From a virus (taxonomy: Duplodnaviria; Caudoviricetes): a stretch of DNA of 52,731 nt. The stretch is taken from the IMG/VR virus record IMGVR_UViG_3300037467_000956, positions 1 to 52,731 of that record; one strand, 5' to 3'. The position numbers and the translations under genes were made by a program. Below the pieces are notes generated by a model, which was given only the letters and a program-made list of their open reading frames with translations, was not told the origin of the DNA and did no database searches. Positions 25,134 through 34,544 of this stretch are shown piece after piece; the stretch's first letter is position 1; the number at the start of each line of letters is the position of its first letter.

Positions 25134-25933
25134 GGGAGACCTCCGGTTGTGGCGAGCAATGCCGCCATGGTCTTGGGGCCGGCGATGCCGTCCACGGCGA
25201 GCCCATGGGCCTGCTGGAACCGCTTGACGGCGCCGGTGGTCTCGGGACCCGGCCAGCCGTCCACGGCCACCGAGAACCCGGCCACGTTGAGAAGGGATTG
25301 GAGTTCCGCGACCGTCGCCCGCTCCGGCGGCGCGATCGGGTTGCGGGTCACGGCGAGGCGCTTCGCGTATTCCGCTGCCAGGCGGGTGTCATATTCGTTC
25401 CGCCGGTATGCCGGGCCGTTGTAGCCGCGGGCGAAGTCGGCCCATCGCTTGTCGCGCAATTCGTCCGCGAGACCGGCCGCCTTGATGAACGATGCGAAGG
25501 CCCGCATCTGGTCATCCTCGCCGCGGCACATGGCGGCAACGTAGCTCTCAACGTCGAGGAAGCCGGCCAGGGCATAGTTGAAGCCCATGATTTGGCCTAG
25601 GCCCCAGCTTGTCGCCTGGAGCGCCGCGGTCGGGTCGAGATCATATGCGGTCTCGATCCGGTCATACTCGCCGGCCCGGCCGACATACCCGCCGGCCGTC
25701 GGATCGCTGATATCCGGCGCCGCGCCGTCCCATCGGCCGCCGGTCAACCGGTGGAACCATTGCCGCTCGAACAGAGCTTGCGGCCGCCCGTCGGGCAGGA
25801 ACCCCTTGCCCAAGGTCTCGACGGCCACCACGGCGCGGACAACGTCCTCCTCGCAACCGATGTCCGCCGCCACGTCACGGAAGATCGTTGGCGACCGCGG
25901 CAGCGCGGCGCCTCGAAAGTCGGCAGGGATCAT
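25130..25933 (-). CDS. Endolysin: N-acetylmuramidase (DUF3380-type) plus peptidoglycan-binding domain
   Basis: AVVAVET.GKGF, LFER.WF, SWGLGQIMGFN, FARGYNGPAY; VDG..GP.T repeats. Confidence 0.92.
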   Translation of the reverse strand: MIPADFRGAALPRSPTIFRDVAADIGCEEDVVRAVVAVETLGKGFLPDGRPQALFERQWFHRLTGGRWDGAAPDISDPTAGGYVGRAGEYDRIETAYDLDPTAALQATSWGLGQIMGFNYALAGFLDVESYVAAMCRGEDDQMRAFASFIKAAGLADELRDKRWADFARGYNGPAYRRNEYDTRLAAEYAKRLAVTRNPIAPPERATVAELQSLLNVAGFSVAVDGWPGPETTGAVKRFQQAHGLAVDGIAGPKTMAALLATTGGLP

Positions 25934-25938
25934 GAGCG

Positions 25939-26478
25939 TTATTCCGGGATCGGCCCGACCTGAACTGACATCCCGCCGCCCGTCCACGTCTTGGGGTCGG
26001 GCATGGTGAAGATGATCGGCGGCGCGGGGACTTCGATCGGCACGAACCGTTGGAACGGCGAGCACCAGAACCGCGGCAAGGTCGATAGCTTGATGGTGCC
26101 GCCGACCGTCGGCGGTATCTCGATCAAGTTCGCCCGGCCGATATAGGTTGTCCCGACCTTGCGCCGGCGCTCGTCCGGCGCATCGGCTTCGGGATCGATG
26201 ACGACGGATGGGAGGATGACCCGGCCGCCGATGTCCGCTTCAATCGTCCGGACCAGTTCGCCGGGGCAATAGCGCCGTCGCTTCACAGTCCATTGCAGCG
26301 TCAGGATATGCGTCGCCGGGTCATAGGCGCCGGCATGCAGCCCCTTGTACGTGATCGGCACCGTCCGATCGGCGAGCGCCCAAATCATCAACGCGACGGC
26401 GGCGGCGAGCGGCAAGCCGACGATGAGGGTCAGCCACCATAGCGGCTGTCGATACCATGGCGGCGTGCGAAGCCTCAT
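25939..26478 (-). CDS. Membrane-anchored lysis-cluster protein
   Basis: N-terminal TM, Cys pair, Ig-like beta region. Confidence 0.7.
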   Translation of the reverse strand: MRLRTPPWYRQPLWWLTLIVGLPLAAAVALMIWALADRTVPITYKGLHAGAYDPATHILTLQWTVKRRRYCPGELVRTIEADIGGRVILPSVVIDPEADAPDERRRKVGTTYIGRANLIEIPPTVGGTIKLSTLPRFWCSPFQRFVPIEVPAPPIIFTMPDPKTWTGGGMSVQVGPIPE

Positions 26479-26774
26479 GGATTGCCGCCCTTCTTCAGTA
26501 TCAGGTTCCACAGGGTCAGCACGAAAGCGCCGATGCCGGATGAACCGAGGATGCCGAGCAGCCAGACCGCCGGTTTCAACTGCTCCTTGGTCGCGCACCC
26601 GGCGACATCGGTCCGAAGGTCGGCCAGTTCGCGGCTGACCTGTTGCAAGTTCAGTTCGAGCTTGGTTTCAAGGATGGTAACCCGTCGATTGAGTTCCTGC
26701 ATCTCGCGGATAAGGTCGCGAAGCTCGGGGCGGTCGATGAACCGCCGCCGGCTGTCATCCCCGAAGTCCGACAT
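26475..26774 (-). CDS. Coiled-coil plus C-terminal TM protein (holin/haemolysin-like)
   Basis: Coiled coil then hydrophobic helix; first gene of the lysis cluster. Confidence 0.6.
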   Translation of the reverse strand: MSDFGDDSRRRFIDRPELRDLIREMQELNRRVTILETKLELNLQQVSRELADLRTDVAGCATKEQLKPAVWLLGILGSSGIGAFVLTLWNLILKKGGNP

Positions 26775-26795
26775 CGTGACGCGCGGACCCCGACC

Positions 26796-29657
26796 CTAGA
26801 CGCCCGCGATCTTCGCCGCGATCCAAGCGGCATGGACTTCGTTGATCTGGCTCCGGGTCAAGTCGTCATAGTAGTGGATCGGGTCGGTGATCGTCTCGAC
26901 GGACGCGCCGGTTTGCGGGTCCACGACGTTGGTTGGCGGCACGTCCGCGGCGTTGGTCACCCATCCGAAATCCGGCCCGATATGCGCCCACGCGGGCAGT
27001 AGATCGACCTTCGGATCGGCGCGGCTCTTGTGCCAGCCCAGGAAAGTCCGGATCGCCGATGCCTGCTCGGTCCAGACCGCGTTGCGATCGGAGAACGGGA
27101 AGCACGGGAAGATGATGCCAATGTGCGGGACCCCGGCCGCCTCCATGGAGTCGACCATGATGTTAAGCCCGGTGGTGATCCAATTGCTGGTGTCGGGCTC
27201 GGAGAAATTGTTGATATCGCCGGTCCCAAGATTGATGATCGCGAGATCGGGCACGGGCAGCGCGCCTAGGCTGGTCGCCGCCCACCGGTTCAGATACCAA
27301 GCGTAATCGAACACGTAGCCGTTGAAGATCTTCCCGGAAGGGTCGCCGCCGGTGGCAAGGCGGATGAACGGGTTATAGATGATCTTGTTGTCCGAATTGC
27401 CGCCGGACGCATCGTCATCCTTCGCCAGATACGCCGCTTCCTGCCCGGCATCGACCGGCTTCGTCAGGCCGACAGGCTGGCCGGGTTGGGCCGGCAAGGT
27501 GATCTGATTGATAGCGCTGGCAAAGGACCACCCGCCCTTGCCTTCGTTGCCGACCAACTTGCCGGCCGCGGTCTGCATCGTGCCGATGAAATTCAGGGTG
27601 ACGCCGCGTTGCAGCATCTCGGCCTTCAACTGCTGCTTGATCGTCGCCGGCCCGGTCAGGCTGTCGCCAATCATGGCTAGGGACCGCGTCGCCGCCGGGG
27701 CGAAGGTCGCCGGGGCCTTGTGGACCGTGATGGCGCGCCGCGTGTAGCGGAGATCGGGGTTGCCAGCATTGTCGGCCAGGCGGCGAATGGCGATGTAGGT
27801 TTGATCGCCGAGCCGGTCCGGATCGATGATGATCGCCTCGCCGCGGCTGTCTCGGAAGAAGGTATCCACGGCGGGGGCGTTGACCGTCGCGCCGCCGGGG
27901 TCGATGTCGACAAGAGTATGCTTCATCGACACGAACCCGGTCGTGTAGCGCTGGTCGGACGCGCGAGTTTCGTTGATGTTCGCTGGGAACAACGGCATTT
28001 CGATGCCGGACGTAACCCACATGTCCGGGCCGTACAGGATCGCAATCGCCGGGTCGGTGACCGTCTGGCCGGCTTCAAGCGTGGCGACCCGCTTCGACAG
28101 GCTCGGCGTCGTCGGGTAGTCGCCGCGGTCGATCCACCGGACATTGGGGCCGAAGGCGATTTGAACGCCCGTCACGGCGTACCGGTCGGGGGTCCCGACA
28201 TTGCCGGTCCCGACCACGTAATAGAGCCACGGGTTGACCGTATCGACCGGTGCGAGCTTCGGGTCCGGGATCTTGAAGAAACCGCTGTAAATCGCCGTGC
28301 TGGACGAGATCTTTTTTTCCAGGGTCAACGGCCAGGAATTCGCCGCCGCCGCGTTCGCCTTGGTGAACCAAACGCGGGCGTTGCCGAAGTCATCCGCAAC
28401 CGTGGTCTGGATATAGACGCGGGCGAAGCACCACAGCGGCCAGCGGTTATCGGGAAGATTGTCGCCATAGGCGGGGATCGAGCCGGTGGTCGCGTGGCTG
28501 TTCGCCATCGCCTCGGTAAACCCGAGCGCCGCGAGATCGGCATTGACCGGCACGATATGGGCCGTGCCCGGCACCTGAACACGTGGGGCCAGCGACGGGA
28601 GCTTGCCAAGTTCGAAGGTGTTGAACGCCCGGCCCTCGCCGCTGATGCCGACATAGGGCCAGGGAGACCAGAACTCGCCGCCATAGGAGTAGCCGAGCAC
28701 CACCCCCATGGTCGGGTCCACGGTGAACGGCTCGACACCGGCGGCCGTCGCCGCATAGGTGTTGGTGCGGATGTTGAACCAATAAGTAATCAGGTTCGTG
28801 CCGCTGGTCGAATAGTCGAACTCTTCATAAGCAACGCCGCCGGCCGGGGTGTGGGTGATGGTGCCGGCACTCGCGGTCCGGAACGTGCCGCCCGGAATGA
28901 GCACCTTATTGTCGAACCGCGAGAATACCAGCGGCCGGGTCGGCAGGAACCCAGCGCCGGCCGTGCGCGGGTTGAGATCGCGGACCCGGAACGGGGAATG
29001 ATAGGTCCCGTCGGCGGAAAAGATGATCATCGGGACGAACTTGTCCGCCGGCAGGTTCGGCATAGCGAAGTCGCCGCCGGTCGCCTGGATGACCTGGAAG
29101 GTGTTATTGGTCAAATCCGCATAGGCCAGGACGCGGATACCCTGCGGAATGGCCAGCTTCGCCGAGCCGGGCTTCTCGGCCGAGTCCGTTCCGACCGTGG
29201 CATTGTTGACCAATTGCGCCGGGAAGTCGCTGAACACATTCCGCGGCAAGTACATCTGATTGGTGCCGCCGCCATACAGGCCGAGCCGATCGATGACGAT
29301 TTCCGTTCCCGGCACCACCACCCGCCGGGCGACATTGTTCAGCAGATCTTGCGTCGTTTTCAGGGACGAGATGCGATCAACACCCTGCACCCAAACATTG
29401 GAAGCATCGTTCCAAATCCAGACGGTCGGATAATTGTTCGCATCGGTCGGATCGGCATACAGAAGAGCCGCCTGGCCGTCGGGCTGCGTGGTGTCGGCAT
29501 CCATCGCCGCCTTAGTCGGATACGTCTTCATTCCGTCCGTCGTGGCGATGGACTGGACGAAATTCAGCACCCGGCGGATTTCTTCCTTGACCGGCTCGTG
29601 CGGCGTGCCGTCAACGTCGAAATCACGCCAAACGTCATCAATGGTCGGGATCGCCAT
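26796..29657 (-). CDS. Tail spike / receptor-binding protein with C-terminal SGNH hydrolase
   Basis: N-terminal VWRDF..H.P.K.EIR; IGDSLT, EG.GGW, INLGTGD, DPIH. Confidence 0.8.
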   Translation of the reverse strand: MAIPTIDDVWRDFDVDGTPHEPVKEEIRRVLNFVQSIATTDGMKTYPTKAAMDADTTQPDGQAALLYADPTDANNYPTVWIWNDASNVWVQGVDRISSLKTTQDLLNNVARRVVVPGTEIVIDRLGLYGGGTNQMYLPRNVFSDFPAQLVNNATVGTDSAEKPGSAKLAIPQGIRVLAYADLTNNTFQVIQATGGDFAMPNLPADKFVPMIIFSADGTYHSPFRVRDLNPRTAGAGFLPTRPLVFSRFDNKVLIPGGTFRTASAGTITHTPAGGVAYEEFDYSTSGTNLITYWFNIRTNTYAATAAGVEPFTVDPTMGVVLGYSYGGEFWSPWPYVGISGEGRAFNTFELGKLPSLAPRVQVPGTAHIVPVNADLAALGFTEAMANSHATTGSIPAYGDNLPDNRWPLWCFARVYIQTTVADDFGNARVWFTKANAAAANSWPLTLEKKISSSTAIYSGFFKIPDPKLAPVDTVNPWLYYVVGTGNVGTPDRYAVTGVQIAFGPNVRWIDRGDYPTTPSLSKRVATLEAGQTVTDPAIAILYGPDMWVTSGIEMPLFPANINETRASDQRYTTGFVSMKHTLVDIDPGGATVNAPAVDTFFRDSRGEAIIIDPDRLGDQTYIAIRRLADNAGNPDLRYTRRAITVHKAPATFAPAATRSLAMIGDSLTGPATIKQQLKAEMLQRGVTLNFIGTMQTAAGKLVGNEGKGGWSFASAINQITLPAQPGQPVGLTKPVDAGQEAAYLAKDDDASGGNSDNKIIYNPFIRLATGGDPSGKIFNGYVFDYAWYLNRWAATSLGALPVPDLAIINLGTGDINNFSEPDTSNWITTGLNIMVDSMEAAGVPHIGIIFPCFPFSDRNAVWTEQASAIRTFLGWHKSRADPKVDLLPAWAHIGPDFGWVTNAADVPPTNVVDPQTGASVETITDPIHYYDDLTRSQINEVHAAWIAAKIAGV

Positions 29658-29707
29658 CGGGTCGGCTCCGTCGGATCATATTGGAGAGGAGGAGGCGGCG
29701 CCGGCCG

Positions 29708-32700
29708 CTAGACCGCGGCGCCGACCCCGACAAGATAGTTGTGCAGGGCGCTTTGCAGCGCGTTGGACTCGGTTCCGGTCAACCCGCTGCCCCACGTGCC
29801 GGCCGCAACCCGAGCATTCGAGTAGCGCGACCCGCCCCGCAGGATGCTGAAGGCGCCGGAAATGAGCACCGACGAAGTCCGGGTGATGGTCCCGAGATCA
29901 TTCGTCCCTTGGTAGGCGTGATAGTTCGCGGATGATTGCCGGCTCCAGGCATAATACCCGGTCCCGTCGCCCGTCTGCGCGACCACGTCGGCGGCCGTGG
30001 CATTGGCGAAGGCCCAAAAGACGCTGGTCGGGTTCTTGGTCGCCATCAGCGATTGACCGCCGCCGATCTCGCGGTAATTACCCTGCGTCGCACCGCTCGA
30101 CGCTTGATGAACCCAGCAGGCGAGATGCGCGCTATCCTGCACGAATTGGTTCGTGCCGGTGGTCGGATTGAAGCTGCTCGCGAGGTAACCGCCGACCGTC
30201 GCATCGGCGCCACCGCCCTGCCATCCTCGATCGATGGTGAAGGTCGGCGCCGTCGCCGGGCTGCCGGCCGTGGTCGCAACCAAGGTGACCGAGCCGGGGT
30301 TCTTGACGTTGAGCCTGGATGCCTGCTCGTGGTGCGCCGCGAGCAGGTAAATGCAATCCATCTTGGTCCAGATGCCGGCGGTCTTGAGCGCCCCGACAAA
30401 GGTATTGATGAGCGTTTGCCGCGCATAGGGCGGCGTGACGGTCATCGCGTTGATGTAAGCCCATGCATCGGCGTCGATTGGGTCGACGGTCAATTGCAGG
30501 ATGCCGGACGGGGCGCTTTCGTTGCCGGCGATGGATGCCGTCGCCGTGAGGTTGTTCAACCCGGTCCCGAGCGGGGTTGTGACGGTGACCGTCCACGTGC
30601 CGCCGGCCGTCGCCGTGCCGCTCCCGACTTGGACGGCGCCGGAATAGATCTTGATGGCGGCGTTCGCCACCGACGTTCCCGACAGAGTCGGGGTGGTGTC
30701 ATAGGTGTTGCTCGGGCTGGTCGGGCTAGTGATGACCGGGGCCACCGGCGGCAGCTCGCCTATCACGCCCGCCGTTTTCGCGCTCTTAACCCCGGACCAG
30801 TTTTCAGACGTGGCGAAATACCAGTAGTCGCCCGCCGCCGGGGGATGGTCGGCATAGGTCGCCGTGCCGTTCGGCCCGACGTAGAACGGCCCCGCGATCT
30901 CGATTGCCGTCGAGCCATCATTGACCGAATTGCGATAGAAGCGGATCGCCGCGAAGTTCCCCACGTTCGGCGCCTTGGCCGACAGGTTGACCGTGGTGGT
31001 GCCGACGGCGGTCGCCGTCAGGTTCGTGGGAGGGGGTGGCGGGAAGGGGTCGGCCACAGCCGTAAACGTGCCAGTCTCCACCCAATCGGAGGCGGACCCG
31101 CGCGGATACATGAACCGGACCGCGGCGACGTAGTTCACGCCATCGGCGAGGGTCCCTGTCTCAAAGCTGGTCTGGCCAGGGTTGACCGACACAAGCTGCC
31201 AATCGCCATCCGGGACGGTCCGCCAGCGGCCTTGCGCATTGACGGAAGAGGAGGAAGGCGGGTTCCACGACACGACGGCGACCGCGATGGTAGTCGCCCC
31301 GTCCACCGGGCGATGATCGACCGTGGCGACAACGCCCGTCGGCGCCGCGGGCGTGCCGGTGCCCGGAAGGTCAGCGGGGACCCCCGCCGGGTCTTGCTCG
31401 TTCGCCGTGCTCCAATCGTACCAGTTCTCATAGGAGACGACGTTGATTTCGGCCGTCATGGTGGTGCGGTCGAACGTCATTCCCGTGATTTCGAAGATCT
31501 GGTCAATCCCGAGTTCGGAAAGCTGGAGACGAACCCACCGCTCCCCCCAGCAGTCGAGCAGGGCAAGGTTGCCGCGGACCCGGCCCGCCCATTTCGGGTT
31601 CGACCGCAGAAGCACGGCCCGCGCGATCCGCTGCGTCTGGCCCTCGCTCGGCGAGCACCGGACCTTGATGGCGCTGCTCTCGATCCCGTTGCGGTCGATC
31701 GCATCGAGATCGCTTTGAATGCCCGCTTCGGTCTCGGCCCATTTCTGGTCACGGGAGATGTACGTCGCCCGAACTTCGTTCACCCGCTCGATCGCGGCCT
31801 TTCCCGAGGAAAGGTCAAATTCGAGGATTTCGCTGTCGGTCATGGTGACCGTGCTCACGGGGTTCGGCGACCCGACATCGAGCCCGAGGCGGCCGTCCGG
31901 CCCTTGCGTGATCCGGCCGTTGCAACTGTCCAGAAGATCGCCAAGCACTTGCTTGCGATCCTCGGTCAAGTCATAGGCGAACCACGCCCGATACCGCGGC
32001 TCGGTCCCGCCCGCCTTCAACGCGATGGCATCCGCACAGATCGCGGCGGCGGCTGCGAACTTGTCGAGATTGACCCGCTCGGCCTTGATCCCGAACCCGA
32101 CCGGCACCGGCCCGTTGACGCTCGGCTCGGTCCGGGTCAGGTAGTCGAGACACACCCACGCCGCGTTATCCGTCCACCGGTATGACGCTTCGTTCCCGAA
32201 GGTCGAGCCCTGGCCAGGGTCATAGACCTTGGCGCCGCGGATCGTCGCCCGATAGGTCGGCGGACCATTCGGGAACACTTCCTGCTGCTGCTCGGCCTTC
32301 AGATCGGAATATTTGATGTACGAAGCGCAAAGGCCCTGGCCCTTGTGGGCGGCCGTCCACTCGCTCACGAACGGCGCAATGGCCTGCGTCGCCGTTCCGA
32401 AGTAGTTCACGACATAGACGGACGAGTCATCGCCCGCCCGGAACTTGTTATAGCCGTGCGACGTGACAGCGCCGCCATGGGCGAAATCGACAGTGACGAT
32501 ATCATCGTTGAGCCAATGCTCTTCAAACGCATCGACTTCATGCGCGCAATGGCACAGCAGCGTCTTAAGGTCGCCACCGTCCCCGACATACTCGATAAAG
32601 GACCCGCCGAGCCGATACCGGCCATAGCAACGCGACCGCGGCGGCACCGCCTGCTTGATGGCTTGGCTGCCATCCTGGAACTTCGGTTTCGGCGGCTGCG

Positions 32701-32881
32701 GCGACAGCAGGACGGATGCCAGGGTCCCGACGATGGACAGGCCGACTGAGATCGCCGTAAGGGCCGTGGTGCTCAACGCGACCCCGGCGATGGTGATCGC
32801 CGTTCCGGCCGCCGAGACAGCGGCCAGGCCACCGGCCACCGACGCGCCAACGGCGATTACGGCCGGGATTGCCATCGGCAT
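29708..32881 (-). CDS. Central tail tip / host-specificity protein with FN3/Ig-like and lectin-like domains
   Basis: YGRYRLGG, GAKVYDP, W.DNAA...DYL; Ig-like repeats. Confidence 0.85.
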   Translation of the reverse strand: MPMAIPAVIAVGASVAGGLAAVSAAGTAITIAGVALSTTALTAISVGLSIVGTLASVLLSPQPPKPKFQDGSQAIKQAVPPRSRCYGRYRLGGSFIEYVGDGGDLKTLLCHCAHEVDAFEEHWLNDDIVTVDFAHGGAVTSHGYNKFRAGDDSSVYVVNYFGTATQAIAPFVSEWTAAHKGQGLCASYIKYSDLKAEQQQEVFPNGPPTYRATIRGAKVYDPGQGSTFGNEASYRWTDNAAWVCLDYLTRTEPSVNGPVPVGFGIKAERVNLDKFAAAAAICADAIALKAGGTEPRYRAWFAYDLTEDRKQVLGDLLDSCNGRITQGPDGRLGLDVGSPNPVSTVTMTDSEILEFDLSSGKAAIERVNEVRATYISRDQKWAETEAGIQSDLDAIDRNGIESSAIKVRCSPSEGQTQRIARAVLLRSNPKWAGRVRGNLALLDCWGERWVRLQLSELGIDQIFEITGMTFDRTTMTAEINVVSYENWYDWSTANEQDPAGVPADLPGTGTPAAPTGVVATVDHRPVDGATTIAVAVVSWNPPSSSSVNAQGRWRTVPDGDWQLVSVNPGQTSFETGTLADGVNYVAAVRFMYPRGSASDWVETGTFTAVADPFPPPPPTNLTATAVGTTTVNLSAKAPNVGNFAAIRFYRNSVNDGSTAIEIAGPFYVGPNGTATYADHPPAAGDYWYFATSENWSGVKSAKTAGVIGELPPVAPVITSPTSPSNTYDTTPTLSGTSVANAAIKIYSGAVQVGSGTATAGGTWTVTVTTPLGTGLNNLTATASIAGNESAPSGILQLTVDPIDADAWAYINAMTVTPPYARQTLINTFVGALKTAGIWTKMDCIYLLAAHHEQASRLNVKNPGSVTLVATTAGSPATAPTFTIDRGWQGGGADATVGGYLASSFNPTTGTNQFVQDSAHLACWVHQASSGATQGNYREIGGGQSLMATKNPTSVFWAFANATAADVVAQTGDGTGYYAWSRQSSANYHAYQGTNDLGTITRTSSVLISGAFSILRGGSRYSNARVAAGTWGSGLTGTESNALQSALHNYLVGVGAAV

Positions 32882-32884
32882 TGG

Positions 32885-33295
32885 CTACAATCTCCAGGCA
32901 ATGAAGGCATCGGCCGCGCGCCAGATGCCGGCGCCGGTCTTGGCGAACCATCCGGATTGGCCCCGAATGGCCATGGCCGGGCCGTCGGTGGTCTCGATCA
33001 TCCCGACATCCCCCGGCATCGCATCCCTAGGGTCGATCTCCGGCGCTCCGGCGGCTCGTAGCGCCCGGCGCGCGGTCTCGGGTAGCCCGACACCCCGGAC
33101 GAGCCGGCGCCAGCCGGCGCGCGTCCTATAGCGTCCGCGCCACGGCCCCGCCGGGTCCTCGCCGAGCCGGGACCGAACCCAGTCGGCAACCCAAAGGGTG
33201 CAATCGCAGCGGCCGAACTCAAACGGGGTGGTGGCGCCGGCCAACAGATGCGCGGCGAGCGCCGCCGGATCGACCGGCCCTAGAACTCCGGCCAC
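32885..33295 (-). CDS. NlpC/P60-like tail protein (DUF6950-like)
   Basis: F.FG.CDC..W.ADW..D.A..WRGRY, A.PGDVG. Confidence 0.8.
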   Translation of the reverse strand: MAGVLGPVDPAALAAHLLAGATTPFEFGRCDCTLWVADWVRSRLGEDPAGPWRGRYRTRAGWRRLVRGVGLPETARRALRAAGAPEIDPRDAMPGDVGMIETTDGPAMAIRGQSGWFAKTGAGIWRAADAFIAWRL

Positions 33296-33885
33296 GTCTC
33301 CGTCCGGTCGACCATCTTCGGGATGAACTCTAGGGCCTTGTCGCCGGGATATCGTTTCTGCTGATCCCGATCGGTCAGCATGCCGAAGGGCGCCCGGCTG
33401 CGTTGCGAGAAAATGGTCTCGCACGGCAGCGTGATCGTCCGAGTGGCCGGGCCGCTGGTGGTGAATGTCGGGCGCTGCATGTACCAGACGCCGATGGTCA
33501 CAAGACTATCCAGGGGGACGAGACCCGCCACGGTCGCGTCATAGAACCCCATGAAAATGGTCACTTCGCGACCCTCCACCTCGCCGGCAGAGACATCCGT
33601 ATTGACCAGATCGACAATCGTCGCATCGACCCCGGACAGGGTCATGGTCATTTGCGGCGCCGATCCGTTGACCGCCTGTTCAAGGCCGTCGATCCCCTGC
33701 AACGGCGAGCCGCTACCGTCCTGCCGCTGGCCCATGCCGAGCCATGTATGTCCTTCGCGGTCAATCGGCCCGTCCCCCTCCCACACCCGGACAGGAGCGG
33801 ACAGGAAATCGAAGAACACGAACAGGGACGCGATGACGTGACGGCCTTGTAACTGCGCTTGGACCGCGGACGGGAACAGCGCCAT
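33280..33885 (-). CDS. Tail hub/minor tail protein
   Basis: RVWEG.G, LSGVD, TDRDQQ.RYPGD..LEF. Confidence 0.8.
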   Translation of the reverse strand: MALFPSAVQAQLQGRHVIASLFVFFDFLSAPVRVWEGDGPIDREGHTWLGMGQRQDGSGSPLQGIDGLEQAVNGSAPQMTMTLSGVDATIVDLVNTDVSAGEVEGREVTIFMGFYDATVAGLVPLDSLVTIGVWYMQRPTFTTSGPATRTITLPCETIFSQRSRAPFGMLTDRDQQKRYPGDKALEFIPKMVDRTETWPEF

Positions 33886-34544
33886 CAGAACACCTCAACG
33901 AGTTCGAGTGTCGCCGTCCCGTTCCGGCTCAACGTCAGATCGAATTGCCCGGTATCGTCCGTGAGCAGCCGCATCGGCGCCCGCGCGTCGCACCACAGGA
34001 CCGGGTTCCCGTCGGTGACGTTGGCGCGGATGCGCGGCATCACAGTCAGCCGATATTCCGCGCTCGCAAGTTTCGTCACGCCGGTGATGACATAGAAATA
34101 TCCGCCGAACCCGACGTAGGAGCCATAGAGCAACGGTTCTTCGGTCGAGCCGATGTAGATATCGACCGTGTTGCTGTCGACTTGGTCGATGATCGACGCG
34201 CCAACGCCGCCTTGTGCATAGCCGGCGCCGTCGCTGTGGAACGTCTGGTCACTGTGCGGAATACCGCCGATCATGCCGGAGAAGCGGTTGCCATTGGCGC
34301 AATCGCACGGGCCGATATTGGTGAAGTTCGACCGGCCGTCCATCTGCGCGAGCCACCCGCGATAGGCGAGAATGCGCGGGCGCTCGAACAGCGGAATGGT
34401 CAAGGTCGCACGCCACCGGCCCAAGCCGCTGGACGTGACCAGTTCGCGGCCGTTCAGGGACTCGCCGCCCGAGCGGGTCCGCGCGTCGAGCCACCAGTTT
34501 TCGACGTTGGCATTGACGTTCGACGGCCACGGGATTTGGAGCAT
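33885..34544 (-). CDS. Distal tail protein-like
   Basis: Directly after the tape measure; SGG.SL.G...G.W.A. Confidence 0.75.
   Translation of the reverse strand: MLQIPWPSNVNANVENWWLDARTRSGGESLNGRELVTSSGLGRWRATLTIPLFERPRILAYRGWLAQMDGRSNFTNIGPCDCANGNRFSGMIGGIPHSDQTFHSDGAGYAQGGVGASIIDQVDSNTVDIYIGSTEEPLLYGSYVGFGGYFYVITGVTKLASAEYRLTVMPRIRANVTDGNPVLWCDARAPMRLLTDDTGQFDLTLSRNGTATLELVEVF

Noticed and set aside
27720-32185. Long plus-strand ORFs (663 and 749 aa)
   Set aside because: Antisense shadows of tail genes in high-GC DNA; Arg/Gly-rich with no motifs
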